Shown here in pieces: positions 37,793-47,497 of a DNA stretch of 47,773 nt. The stretch covers positions 1 through 47,773 of the forward strand of contig JAGVAS010000147.1 in the NCBI GenBank assembly GCA_020060185.1, in the 5' to 3' direction. The DNA is from Desulfovibrio sp. (GTDB taxonomy: Bacteria; Bacillota; Dethiobacteria; DTU022; UBA8154). Both the position numbers and the translations under genes were made by a program. The first letter of the stretch is position 1, and the number at the start of each line of letters is the position of its first letter. Below the pieces are notes generated by a model, which saw only the letters and a program-made list of their open reading frames with translations, was not told the DNA's origin and searched no databases.

Positions 37793-39308
37793 CTGCATAA
37801 TTTTTTTACAATGATTAGATGCAGGATTTTAGCGAAAAAAACTGAAAGAGATCCAGTACGTCATAAAAACAGCCATTAATTGGCTATTAAGGAGGATCTC
37901 TTTCATGGATATTATAACATCAGAAGACAAAAAAAACCAGACCTCTAAGGCTGACTTAGAAGAATTAAGAAACAGTATTCTAAAAGAGATAGAAAAAGTT
38001 TTACGAAGCGCAGAATGTGAAAGAATCCTGCTTTTAATTCACGAGGGTAAAAATCTTTCTGAGAAAGAGACTCATTTAGTAAATCTAAGAACCATTATTT
38101 TGGAAGCGACAACACGGTCCTTATTAACAGAAACCGGTTATCAGGGTTCCAAGCTGCTTTGTGTCTGCGGCTGCAAAGCCAAATTTGTACGCTATGACGA
38201 TAAAAGTTATAATCTGCTTGTCGGTAGAGTTGATCTAAAGCGAGCCTTGTATCAATGTCAGGGTTGCGGGCGGTACTGGCGGCCATTAGATGATAAATGG
38301 GAGTTGCCGGAGGGCCATAACAGTGAAGGAGTAGAACGGGTAACAGCCCTTTTAGGAGCATATATGCCCTTTGAAAGTGCGGAAAAAGTATTACTGGAGA
38401 CATCCGGAGTATCTTTAAGTGACTCCAGCATAAGAGCAATCAGCGAATCTATTGGAGCCGACATAGAATCAATTATAGAGGTGGAGATCGGAAAATCACT
38501 AAATGACGAACTACCCGAACCCGAAGCAGAAATCATGGCGGTATTTTCAGATGGCACCATGGTAAATACCAGAGAAGAACAGTGGAAAGAGGTTAAAGTT
38601 GGAGCGGTAGCAAGCTTTACCCGAACCGGAGAAAAGCAATTAAAGCTTAATCAAACCACCTATACTGCATATTTAGGCGCCGTTGAAGATTTCAAGCCTC
38701 GCCTGTGGGCGGAAGGATATCGCCGTGGCGCAGCGGGTAAAGAAGCGACCCTTTTTCTTGGGGACGGCTCGGTCTGGGTTTGGAATCTAGCCGATGAACT
38801 ATTTCCCCATGCCATTCAAGTATTAGATTACTGGCATTTATGTGAGAATGTATGGAAGGCGTCACATATTATTTTTACAGATGAGGAAGAAAAAAGGAGT
38901 TGGGTCGAAGAAATAACGGAAAATATGTTACGGAAAGGCAAAATACAAGAGGCGATAGATGCCATAAAGAGCGCTTCCACCGGGAAAAAGGACGCCCAGG
39001 AAGCAGTAGAAACCCTCGTTGGTTATATTGTTAACAACAAAGGACGAATAAATTATCCTGTTTTAGAGAGCAAAGGTTATCCCATTGGTAGCGGCATCAT
39101 AGAGAGTGCTTGTAAAAGGATAGTTGGCGCTCGTCATAAGCAATCGGGGATGCGCTGGTCTAAAAGCGGGGTGCAAAAAATGTTAAGCCTGGTTAGCTTT
39201 ATACATAGTAAACGATGGGATGAATACTGGAAATATTTGCGGAAGACAGCATAAGACATATTTTCCATAATTTCCATTTTTTAGTACCTCAAATTTTAAA
39301 GTGCACCC
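37743..39308 (+). mobile_element. ISKra4/UPF0236-like insertion sequence
   Basis: Ends GGGT...ACCC; subterminal inverted repeat AGGCACTAGAATATGGAAGTTAT vs AGGTACTAAAAAATGGAAATTAT (19/23); AACAGT duplicated at 37735 and 39309. Confidence 0.85.
37905..39254 (+). CDS. Transposase (ISKra4/UPF0236 type)
   Basis: CxC...CxxC zinc motif, SDGT, WKEVKVG, GDGSVWVW, LDYWH, PIGSGIIESACK..V..R.K.SGMRW. Confidence 0.9.
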   Translation: MDIITSEDKKNQTSKADLEELRNSILKEIEKVLRSAECERILLLIHEGKNLSEKETHLVNLRTIILEATTRSLLTETGYQGSKLLCVCGCKAKFVRYDDKSYNLLVGRVDLKRALYQCQGCGRYWRPLDDKWELPEGHNSEGVERVTALLGAYMPFESAEKVLLETSGVSLSDSSIRAISESIGADIESIIEVEIGKSLNDELPEPEAEIMAVFSDGTMVNTREEQWKEVKVGAVASFTRTGEKQLKLNQTTYTAYLGAVEDFKPRLWAEGYRRGAAGKEATLFLGDGSVWVWNLADELFPHAIQVLDYWHLCENVWKASHIIFTDEEEKRSWVEEITENMLRKGKIQEAIDAIKSASTGKKDAQEAVETLVGYIVNNKGRINYPVLESKGYPIGSGIIESACKRIVGARHKQSGMRWSKSGVQKMLSLVSFIHSKRWDEYWKYLRKTA

Positions 39309-39349
39309 AACAGTTGCCCTGTTGCTTTATTTTTGGAATAGGTTCCAGA

Positions 39350-39384
39350 AGAGAAGCACGGTAGAGAAGCACAGTAGAGAAGCA
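39350..39384 (+). repeat. 13-bp tandem repeat, about 2.7 copies
   Basis: AGAGAAGCACGGT AGAGAAGCACAGT AGAGAAGCA in the orphaned MFS tail. Confidence 0.7.
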
Positions 39385-39395
39385 ATGAAAACTTG

Positions 39396-39509
39396 AAAAC
39401 CCGGGGTTATTCCTAACAGGTTCTGTTTTGAGGTGCAAAAAAACACTGGCATATAGCTATGTGAACATCCAATTTATCGCGGAACCCTTTGAGTTATTCC
39501 CCGGGTTTT
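39396..39509. repeat. Long intergenic inverted repeat between convergent genes
   Basis: AAAACCCGGGG (39396-39406) / CCCCGGGTTTT (39499-39509), with partial inner pairing. Confidence 0.55.
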
Positions 39510-39518
39510 TTATTGTTG

Positions 39519-40169
39519 TTAGTCCCGGCTGGCCAGGATCCTGATATCCTCAATGTGGATATGCAGCCCGTAGCTTTTTTGTAATAACATATTGACCACT
39601 CCGGTATGGTTAATCGACATCATGCAAAAACCCGGCAGAAAGGTTGCCCGGCACCCGAAGGAGGGCTCCTTGTTTATCCTGCCGGCAATGCCCTCAAAAC
39701 CGATCATGTGGTAAGCAACAATATCCTTGCTTTCATGCTCACGGGAATATTTGGGTCCTACCACCCAGGTGTAGAGCAATCCCGTAACGTTTTCCGCTTT
39801 AATAACCTGTAAAACATGAGGTACGGGGCAGCCGGCTCCCATAGGCCGTCCCAGGACATAGTCCCCTTCTTTTATTTCCATTTTTTCTACCATGTCCCCC
39901 CGGAAGGGGAGGACTATTTTCCGGGCGGAAATTTCTCCCGGCAAAGGTTCAAGGATAAAATCATAGGAGTGCCCCAGAATATCTTTAACAGGATACTCGG
40001 CGGCTGTTATAATGCCGGTTTTTCTACTGGAAAGGGGGTCATTGAAATACGGGCAGTCCGCATAAACTTTTTTAGCTGCATTTACCAGCCGTATAAAACT
40101 TTTGCAGCTCTGTTCACCGCAAAGTCCACAATTTTTTCCAGGAGGCAGCCAGGAATGTTTTACATGCAT
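39519..40169 (-). CDS. (Fe-S)-binding protein of unknown function
   Basis: LPPGKNCGLCGEQSC...CPY Fe-S motif; GRPMGAGCPVPH; ATG 40169 adjoins the upstream stop. Confidence 0.8.
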   Translation of the reverse strand: MHVKHSWLPPGKNCGLCGEQSCKSFIRLVNAAKKVYADCPYFNDPLSSRKTGIITAAEYPVKDILGHSYDFILEPLPGEISARKIVLPFRGDMVEKMEIKEGDYVLGRPMGAGCPVPHVLQVIKAENVTGLLYTWVVGPKYSREHESKDIVAYHMIGFEGIAGRINKEPSFGCRATFLPGFCMMSINHTGVVNMLLQKSYGLHIHIEDIRILASRD

Positions 40170-40170
40170 A

Positions 40171-40881
40171 TTACTCACCCCGGTAAAGATATTCGGCAAT
40201 CTGGCCATCGAGTTTTTGGATGACACCGAAATGATGTTTCCAGCCTATTTCTTTTTTCCCTACGCAAATTGTACAGGTGCCCAGCGGTGGATTCCCTTTT
40301 AGGACAAGGTTATCTTTATTAATATCCGGGGAATTCTGAATCAGGTTATACAAGCGATTTAAAGAATTTCCCTGGAGGGCGTTTGTTTCCATGAGAATGA
40401 TCTTGGTATGTACTTCTCTGATCTTTTGAATAAAAACTTCCCGTTCTGCCTGGCTGACGAGGTCTATTTTGGTAATAATAGCAATATCGGCCAGGCTGAC
40501 CATAGCCCCCATTTTCTCGGGTGCATGAATCCCTGAAATGGAACTGAGGACGATAATCCCCAGGCCCTGGTTTAAATACGGTGAACAGCGTAAACACAAT
40601 CCGGCACTTTCTACAATTAAAAGATCAGCAGAACTTTTTTCCGCCCAGTCAACGGCATCTCCCAGGACCATTACCCCGGCGTGATCCGGGCACAAATCTC
40701 CCGAATAAATTTTTTTGGTAAGGATACCAAATTCTTTTCTTAACTCTATGTCTTCAAAGGCTTTAACCACGTCGATTTTTAAAAAAGCTATGGTTATTTC
40801 ATCTCTAAACCTTTTTACGATCTGCTTGGTAAGAGAAGTTTTGCCGGCCGAGGGGGGTCCGGCAATTATAACAAGTTTCAT
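40171..40881 (-). CDS. G3E-family (HypB/UreG/CobW-like) GTPase
   Basis: GPPSAGKT, LCPDH, VESAGLCLRC, TKID, C-terminal CTIC. Confidence 0.85.
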   Translation of the reverse strand: MKLVIIAGPPSAGKTSLTKQIVKRFRDEITIAFLKIDVVKAFEDIELRKEFGILTKKIYSGDLCPDHAGVMVLGDAVDWAEKSSADLLIVESAGLCLRCSPYLNQGLGIIVLSSISGIHAPEKMGAMVSLADIAIITKIDLVSQAEREVFIQKIREVHTKIILMETNALQGNSLNRLYNLIQNSPDINKDNLVLKGNPPLGTCTICVGKKEIGWKHHFGVIQKLDGQIAEYLYRGE

Positions 40882-40926
40882 AATGATTCACCATCCCGGT
40901 TAATTTGACTATTTAAAGTGTTTTTA

Positions 40927-41706
40927 TTAGGCGAAGTTTACGGCAAGAAAATCAAAAGTAATTGCTTTTCCCGCTCTTAGTTCCTCCCTTACATTACCTA
41001 TTTTCTTATCCAGCTCCAGGAGATTTTGGGCGGCCCTTATTTCCGGTTCATTCTGGTACAATACGTTTTTAACGGCCCCGTTTTCCATAATTATTCTGGT
41101 TTTGGTAAGTAAAGCAATAACGGGGTCATGTGTTACAAAAACGACCATTTTGCCTGCATTTTGGATAAGGCTGACAACTTCCTGTTTAAAAATACCGGCA
41201 TTTTCAATTTCATCGAGTAAAATGATCGGAGCCGCACCTATCAGGATGGCATCGGCTATTAACAGGGACCTGGTCTGCCCTCCGGAAAGCACAGTTACTT
41301 TGGTGTCTTTTTTTATTTTTTCGCCGGTGAAATTGTTGGCCAGTTCAATGGTTTCCAGGATTACTTTCTCATCAGGAATCTTCCGGGCGCGGGCATGGAT
41401 ATGCAGGAATTCTTCTATAGTCAGATCGGCAAAACATTTGGTATTTTGGGTGATCATCACAATGGGTTTCATGGCCGGGTTGTACCTGATCTCATCTGCA
41501 GGTATCTCGCCATTAATAATAACCCGCCGTCTTGTGGAAGTATCTCCCTGGGCCAGCAGTTCAATATCGGTAATAAGCGCTGTTTTTCCGCTTCCTGTCG
41601 GTCCGACTATGGAAATAGTTTCCCCGGCTTTTAAGGTTATGTAAGTAAAATTTTCTTTGCATCCGGTCTTATCAAGACCTGGAAGAATAGTGATTTCTTC
41701 GATCAT
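40927..41706 (-). CDS. Stand-alone ABC-type ATPase
   Basis: GPTGSGKT, LSGGQ, LLDEIENAG, VTHD; no adjacent permease. Confidence 0.85.
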   Translation of the reverse strand: MIEEITILPGLDKTGCKENFTYITLKAGETISIVGPTGSGKTALITDIELLAQGDTSTRRRVIINGEIPADEIRYNPAMKPIVMITQNTKCFADLTIEEFLHIHARARKIPDEKVILETIELANNFTGEKIKKDTKVTVLSGGQTRSLLIADAILIGAAPIILLDEIENAGIFKQEVVSLIQNAGKMVVFVTHDPVIALLTKTRIIMENGAVKNVLYQNEPEIRAAQNLLELDKKIGNVREELRAGKAITFDFLAVNFA

Positions 41707-42035
41707 CGGTTTGTCTCCTCCTATAATTTTTTTTGACAGTGTAAACTATGTTTTATTTAGGGAAATGGTTACCTGACTTAAGGGCTTTAGATAATGAACC
41801 GATGGGGTGATTTCCTGTTTTTCGGTGCTCAAACAGGGTACTTTGATACAATAAACAAAAAATATTTATTTTAGGCTTTAAGCGAATTTCTGCCACTCAG
41901 ACTTTCGGCTGGTAATATGGTCTCAAGTAATGTTTCGGCCCTGCTGCTTAATATCCAAAGTGGTATAATTTGGTAGTATTTTTAATTGAAGAATAAGGCA
42001 AACTAAAATAAAATCTCTTTTTGGGAGGTATCACA

Positions 42036-42242
42036 ATGACAGTAGGAAAACAGTTAAAAACTACTCTTTCCAGTTTAAAAAGTGCCCAGGCAAGTCTGGA
42101 ATCTTTTGCGCTTGAAACCGAAAGCCAGACAGCTAAACAAGTGTTTTCACAGTTTGCCGACCAGACCAAATCTATTGTGGAAGGCATAGAGGCTAGAATA
42201 CAGGAGATAGAAACACAAGAACCCCAATATAAAGCCCGTTAG
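42036..42242 (+). CDS. DUF1657 small sporulation-associated protein
   Basis: MTVG.QLK..L.SLKSAQASLE.FALET...EPQY; SD GGGAGG. Confidence 0.85.
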   Translation: MTVGKQLKTTLSSLKSAQASLESFALETESQTAKQVFSQFADQTKSIVEGIEARIQEIETQEPQYKAR

Positions 42243-42274
42243 AGGGTCATCAACCAAAGCAGAACATAAATATG

Positions 42275-42322
42275 AAAACAAAAAATAGGGTGTACCTGGC
42301 AATAACACCCTATTTTTGTTTT
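42275..42322. terminator. Bidirectional terminator
   Basis: AAAAATAGGGTGT / ACACCCTATTTTT with A and T flanks between convergent genes. Confidence 0.8.
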
Positions 42323-42402
42323 GTTCTTTTTAATTTTATCCTATTTCTTTCTCACAATAATAACTTCTTCTACCCTGAAAATAGCGCTTTACACATGTTT
42401 TA

Positions 42403-43503
42403 TTAAACTCTGGCGCTTGCTTTATTCTTCTGCTTCACAATTTGGTAAATTCCATACGTTAGTAAAGGAATTATATAAACAATGAAAAATGCCCAGGACA
42501 TTGTTCCGTAACCTTTGCCAATTAAACCCACGATACCAACTGTACCAAGGATGACAGCTAAAAGAATACTCCCCACACCGATAACCCCACGTAAAGGTTT
42601 GCTTAAGGTAGTACCTTTAGTTTCTTCTAAGTACGCATCAATCCGTTCGATAACGCCCTGAATAAAACCGGCACCGGTCTCTATAAATGTTCCGAACAAA
42701 CCGATGATGTATATAATTAGGAGCCAAGTCAGACCTAGTTGACCGATTATCCAGTAAACCGGCAGGTCCTGGTTTATTATATCAGGGTAGGTTCCCATAA
42801 AGGTTAAATGGAAAAGAAAAGCAGGAATCATAACAATAAACGGTGCAATAATACCTGCTGTAATAGCTTCACGCCGGGTTTCAATGGCCCTGGTTGAAAA
42901 AAGGATGGCTGGTACAATAGCAAGGTTGTACCAGGAGTATCTGAAGCCACCGAGTGCCCAACCAGGCATGATTTCCCCCTGCCCTAGACCCCCAAACCTG
43001 GAAATGGCAGCAATGAAATAAATGATAAAAATAGCATAAAGGACAAAAGACCAGTACGCTAGTGATTTAGTAATGGTTTCTCTTCCATAAAAGTTTAATA
43101 TACCAACAAGAATAATCATACCGGCCATTCCAACTGCATAGGGGATGTTAAAATAATTCTGCAATATTGTTCCCGCAGCAGATCCTATAACGGCCAGCAC
43201 AAGAATTAGTAACAGGATATAGACAATCTCGTATACGATAAAGCCAGGGCCTAATAGTTTTTTAAAAAATGTTCTGTAATCATAAACCTGAAAAAGACGC
43301 GCAAACTCATAAGTAACAGTAGTAACAACTGCAAAAAATATAATAGCAATGACCATTCCTAAAAGGCCGCCTATAGGGCCATACTGGGTAAAAAATTCCA
43401 CTAACTCTCTCCCGGTTCCATAACCCCCGGCAACAATAACCGACTGTAGAATAATACCCGGCACCAGGTAGACTCTAAAAAAACGCGTGTCCATAAATTT
43501 CAT
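42403..43503 (-). CDS. YkvI-family membrane transporter
   Basis: SVIVAGGYGTGRELVEFF motif, about 10 TM, LIGKGYG; ATG 43503 after SD AGGAGG. Confidence 0.85.
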   Translation of the reverse strand: MKFMDTRFFRVYLVPGIILQSVIVAGGYGTGRELVEFFTQYGPIGGLLGMVIAIIFFAVVTTVTYEFARLFQVYDYRTFFKKLLGPGFIVYEIVYILLLILVLAVIGSAAGTILQNYFNIPYAVGMAGMIILVGILNFYGRETITKSLAYWSFVLYAIFIIYFIAAISRFGGLGQGEIMPGWALGGFRYSWYNLAIVPAILFSTRAIETRREAITAGIIAPFIVMIPAFLFHLTFMGTYPDIINQDLPVYWIIGQLGLTWLLIIYIIGLFGTFIETGAGFIQGVIERIDAYLEETKGTTLSKPLRGVIGVGSILLAVILGTVGIVGLIGKGYGTMSWAFFIVYIIPLLTYGIYQIVKQKNKASARV

Positions 43504-43557
43504 TATTTTTCCCTCCTTGTACAATATAGTTACATCAACCCATGTAATGCTAAACTT

Positions 43558-44634
43558 TCAATCACCACCTTTTTCGATAAAATCAAGAAGCTGCCTGGAG
43601 CTCCAATCCTTAATTCCCAGATTTTCTGTTGTTCGCCCTTCCTTAACATAATCAGCACTATTAATAATTGAAGATAACTTGATTAGTGAGTCACAAACGG
43701 GTGTATCAACTCCTGCAAGTTTTCCCAAAGAAGAATAAAAAACCATTCCATAAGGAACGTCCTCCGTTATGTACCTTTCATTCATAGCTAAGGGACCGCG
43801 CATTTTCTGCCCGGCTTCCAGGGCACCCGGTCCAAATTGATCTTTAAAAACGTCGTTTGTATCTGGATCAAGCTGGTAGTGTGGCTCATCTAAGCCAAAA
43901 GCTTTTCTAACCGCAACCCGCTCCCTATCAGCTGCAACCTGAACCTTACGAACTGACTTTGACATCCCTTCCAAATAAAGATAGAAGTCATCTGCGTACT
44001 CAATTCTGCCCGTATTAAGAATGGTAGGGGCTACATGAATGATTGGATTAGTGTTACTCAAGGCAGCGTCAAGTATGTTCTTACAGGGAGCTGTTTCAGG
44101 GAACAATTTGCGAAAGATCTCTACTACTTCTAAGGTCCTGCTGGTGGGTAATACTCCCATTGGTAAGTTAATTGTTCGTATATGAACTATTACCTTGTTG
44201 TCTCCAGCAGTTCTGGCACCGTAGGGTAGAGTTGAAGTTTCGGCTACAGCAAAACCATTACCACGGTTATGCTCTAACAGTTTTTTGTAAAGGATAAAGC
44301 TTCCAAAACCTCCAGGCACCACAAAAATAATTTGCCCGGGGCGTAAATAACGAGCACAAAGCTCTGCCATGCTTTCGTGAGCAAAAGCAGGAACCACGAT
44401 TATCACATAATCTACACCCTCCATAGCTTCAGATATGTCAGTTGTAGCCATTTTCAATTTAGCTTTACCTTCCCTGGCTGCTCCCACAATCTCAATAGTA
44501 CGGGTTTCTTTTATTTTTTTAAATGATTCTTCAAACTCAGGTACCTGGTAGAGATTAACCTCATGACCAGCAAGAGTAAGATCTGCACTCATAGCAACTC
44601 CGCCATGGCCTGCCCCTAAAACTGCAACCTTCAT
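43558..44634 (-). CDS. NAD/NADP octopine/nopaline (opine) dehydrogenase family protein
   Basis: GAGHGG Rossmann, VVPAFAH, ETSTLPY, N.NPIIH, LN.GRIE, RYITEDVPYG. Confidence 0.9.
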   Translation of the reverse strand: MKVAVLGAGHGGVAMSADLTLAGHEVNLYQVPEFEESFKKIKETRTIEIVGAAREGKAKLKMATTDISEAMEGVDYVIIVVPAFAHESMAELCARYLRPGQIIFVVPGGFGSFILYKKLLEHNRGNGFAVAETSTLPYGARTAGDNKVIVHIRTINLPMGVLPTSRTLEVVEIFRKLFPETAPCKNILDAALSNTNPIIHVAPTILNTGRIEYADDFYLYLEGMSKSVRKVQVAADRERVAVRKAFGLDEPHYQLDPDTNDVFKDQFGPGALEAGQKMRGPLAMNERYITEDVPYGMVFYSSLGKLAGVDTPVCDSLIKLSSIINSADYVKEGRTTENLGIKDWSSRQLLDFIEKGGD

Positions 44635-44827
44635 ACTTTCACTCCCTAATTTTTATTCTTAAGCTTATTAATGCACCCATTGAAGGCCTCTAATTAATCC
44701 CCCGGACAAATAACACAAAACAGGCCCTGTTATACCTAAATCATTGCCTGGTTAGAGGCAAATAAGTTTGTACTTTTATTGCCCCCCTTTTGTTATTAAA
44801 TTTTTAAACATCATATTTACTTTTAAG

Positions 44828-44843
44828 TGCAAAAATTATACCA
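44828..44843 (-). promoter_or_regulatory. sigma54 -24/-12 promoter of the opine dehydrogenase operon
   Basis: Minus strand TGGTATAATTTTTGCA (GG-N10-GC). Confidence 0.8.
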
Positions 44844-44914
44844 AGCTGTAAAATGAATAAAAAACCAACTTTAGTTAAGTATAGCGAATTAAATAGCTTC
44901 TTTTTGATACTTAA

Positions 44915-44933
44915 AGGTATCAAAATGATACCT
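44915..44933. promoter_or_regulatory. Putative enhancer (UAS) for the adjacent sigma54 activator
   Basis: Perfect palindrome AGGTATCA-AAA-TGATACCT about 70-90 bp upstream of the -24 element. Confidence 0.6.
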
Positions 44934-45033
44934 GTTCTCTCTATAAACAAAAGAAAGTCAGGCTTTTATCACTGGGAAAAACCCGGCTTTTTAAATAAAA
45001 TATATTCATTTTTAAACTCAAATTATGATGAAA

Positions 45034-46764
45034 CTAACGAAGAGAGTCCTTTTGAAGCTCCGCTAATTCATATTTTTTAATTTTACGGTATAAGCTGGCA
45101 ATTCCAATCCCAAGTTCCCGGGCTGCATTTTCTTTACCCTTTTTACTCCAGCCATATCTGTTTAAAGCCTGTATAATTGTTATCTTTTCAATATTATCCA
45201 GGTTTATGCCTGTATTTTGACTGTTAAGATCAAATAGATACTCAGGTAAGCTATTTAGAGTTATGAAAGAAGAACTTTCCATAATAATTGCGTGATAGAT
45301 AACACTTTGTAACTCACGAACGTTTCCAGGCCAACTGTAACCTAAGAAGAACTTTTCAGATTCCGGCGTTAAACCTGTAATTCTTTTACCCAATGTTGAA
45401 GAATATTTCTCCAAGAATAGTTTTGCAAGTAAGATTATGTCTTGGGGTCGTTCGCGTAAGGGAGGAATAGTAAGGGAAATTACATTTAAGCGCCAGTATA
45501 AGTCTTCCCGGAAAACTCCCTCAGATACTAATTCTTTTATATTTTGGTTGGTTGCAGCAATAAAACGTACATCTAAAGGAACCAGACGCAGACCGCCAAT
45601 TCTTCTAATTTGCCGTTCTTCCAGGACCCGGAGAATTTTAACCTGTAAACTTAAGGATAAATCAGCAATTTCATCTAGAAAAACAGTACCAGTGTGAGCT
45701 TCTTCCAGTAATCCCGGCTTTCCTTCCGGTTTGCATCCGGTAAAGGCGCCTTTTTCGTATCCAAATAGTTCTGCTTCAAGTAAGTTTTCAGGTATAGCAC
45801 CACAATTTACGGCAATAAAAGGACCTTTATTCCTATAACTGAAATTATGAATTTTACGTGCAAAAAGTTCTTTTCCTGTTCCTGTTTCTCCTAAAAGGAG
45901 AACTGTTGCATCTGTATAAGCAAGCGTTTCAGCCTTTTGCTTCAATTTGAGAATAGCAGGACTTTGCCCGACAATTTCCTTAAACTCACGTTCATTTGTT
46001 TCTGTAACAGTTTTTCCCAGGCTGATTATGACACCTTGGACTTCTTGATCTATTACTACTGGATAAAAACTTCCCTGAAATATTTTCGGGCCAATTTTTT
46101 GCTGGAAAGGTTGGGGTTTGTTTTGTAATGGCTCTTGATAAGAAAAAGTTTGTGTGATTAATTTTTTACTAAATTTTTCCATCATTTTGCCAACCTGCCA
46201 TTTAGCCTTCTCATTGAAAATGATTTTAGATGTAGGAATGTCTAATACTATTAGGCCTTTCGAAGATAAATCCAGTAATTTTTGTAAGTAATTAAAAAAT
46301 ATGTCATTATTAGCACTAAACTGGTTTTGTTGAAAACGAAATTCTAACATCCTGATTAGCTGGTTGGCCATTAGTGACATCGTAGGATAATTTTTCATGA
46401 GTATATCTCTCTGCTGATTATTATAAGCAATAAAAGCCCACAGTCCTTTAACCCGATCCTTGTATTTAATAGGAATTGCAAGGGTTGATTCAATTTTACA
46501 TTCGTTCTTATATTGGCATTTATGGCAGGAAGGACTTGCATTTCGACTTTTCATGAAAAGTTGATGCTTACTCTTGATAATTTGAGAAGTAAGGCTTGGA
46601 AAAGAATAATTATACCCCTGTTCCTTTTGAAAAAGCCCAGTACCGGCAATATTTTCACAATTCTCATCGACAAAACCTATCTCGACTCCTAAAATAGGGG
46701 CTAAAGTAGTAGCAAGGTCTTGTAAATCATTTTTAAGATCCCCGAGTTGCGTCACGTCAATCAC
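45034..46764 (-). CDS. sigma54-dependent enhancer-binding protein (GAF-like + AAA+ + Fis HTH)
   Basis: GETGTGKE, ELFGYEKGAFTG, FLDEI, FREDLYWRL, WPGNVREL, LGIGIASLYRK. Confidence 0.93.
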   Translation of the reverse strand: MIDVTQLGDLKNDLQDLATTLAPILGVEIGFVDENCENIAGTGLFQKEQGYNYSFPSLTSQIIKSKHQLFMKSRNASPSCHKCQYKNECKIESTLAIPIKYKDRVKGLWAFIAYNNQQRDILMKNYPTMSLMANQLIRMLEFRFQQNQFSANNDIFFNYLQKLLDLSSKGLIVLDIPTSKIIFNEKAKWQVGKMMEKFSKKLITQTFSYQEPLQNKPQPFQQKIGPKIFQGSFYPVVIDQEVQGVIISLGKTVTETNEREFKEIVGQSPAILKLKQKAETLAYTDATVLLLGETGTGKELFARKIHNFSYRNKGPFIAVNCGAIPENLLEAELFGYEKGAFTGCKPEGKPGLLEEAHTGTVFLDEIADLSLSLQVKILRVLEERQIRRIGGLRLVPLDVRFIAATNQNIKELVSEGVFREDLYWRLNVISLTIPPLRERPQDIILLAKLFLEKYSSTLGKRITGLTPESEKFFLGYSWPGNVRELQSVIYHAIIMESSSFITLNSLPEYLFDLNSQNTGINLDNIEKITIIQALNRYGWSKKGKENAARELGIGIASLYRKIKKYELAELQKDSLR

Positions 46765-47094
46765 ACCTTACAGTTATTTTATATGAAAAATTCCTTAGTA
46801 AAAGTCTGTTGAGCTGGGTGGTTGTACAACGATTGTCAATTTCTTCTGAAATTCTATCGAAAAAAATCATGTTCTTTTTGCTAAAGAAACTATTAAAAAA
46901 TATGAATAAAAAAACTATTCATTCTCTAGCCAATATATCATATTTTAAGAAAAATTTCACTTGAAAATTGTTCTGCATTCTGCATTCTGTATTTATTATT
47001 TAAAAGCTTTCTCTAAAAAGTGCCCAAATCAGGAATCTTGACAAATTTATACATAATATGATAAAACATTATTATAAAACAAAGAAAATATAAA

Positions 47095-47173
47095 CGATAA
47101 AGGCAAAACTACCGAAAGGTAGTGACGCAAAGCTATGGGGCTAATACGAACCATAAGTGCCAGCCAGCTGCCG
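47095..47173 (+). ncRNA. Cyclic di-GMP-I (GEMM) riboswitch
   Basis: GGCAAA-ACTACC-GAAA-GGTAGT-GACGCAAAGC...CTAA...GCCAGCTGCC; TTGACA at 47038 upstream. Confidence 0.9.
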
Positions 47174-47189
47174 TTGCATAAATAAAAAT

Positions 47190-47228
47190 GCTCACCTTTG
47201 TCCAACGGCAGGTGGGCTTTATTAATTT
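47190..47228 (+). terminator. Expression-platform terminator of the riboswitch
   Basis: GCTCACCT / AGGTGGGC hairpin followed by TTTATTAATTT. Confidence 0.6.
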
Positions 47229-47407
47229 CCAAAAGACTTTATGTTTTCTAAAGTACACTTTGGTGGTAATTGCTATGAGTTACTCTCAAAATTTATTTGT
47301 ATATAATTTTAAAATTAACGAAATATACATGCATTTTGACATAACGAGCTATCTCTTTAATTTTTTTAATAAAAAAATTAAAGAGATACGTGATATTTTA
47401 AAAGAAT

Positions 47408-47423
47408 TGGCACGAAATTTGCT
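47408..47423 (+). promoter_or_regulatory. sigma54 -24/-12 promoter
   Basis: TGGCACGAAATTTGCT, full consensus TGGCACG-N4-TTGCW. Confidence 0.85.

Positions 47424-47497
<74 letters not shown>

Noticed and set aside
39350-39384. CRISPR-like repeats
   Set aside because: Head-to-tail 13-bp units with no spacers; no cas genes or repeat-spacer array seen anywhere in the window.
43558-44634. Staphylopine/pseudopaline-type metallophore synthesis linked to the ABC importer
   Set aside because: No nicotianamine-synthase-like (CntL) gene; the opine dehydrogenase is in a separate sigma54 unit 9 kb away.
33-46128. Numerous antisense or alternate-frame ORFs in the track (e.g. 24204-24881, 32621-33313, 34110-34661)
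   Set aside because: They are shadows of well-supported genes and have no independent motifs or ribosome-binding sites.
47095-47173. c-AMP-GMP (GEMM-Ib) specificity
   Set aside because: The discriminating position reads G (GGCAAA), as in c-di-GMP binders.
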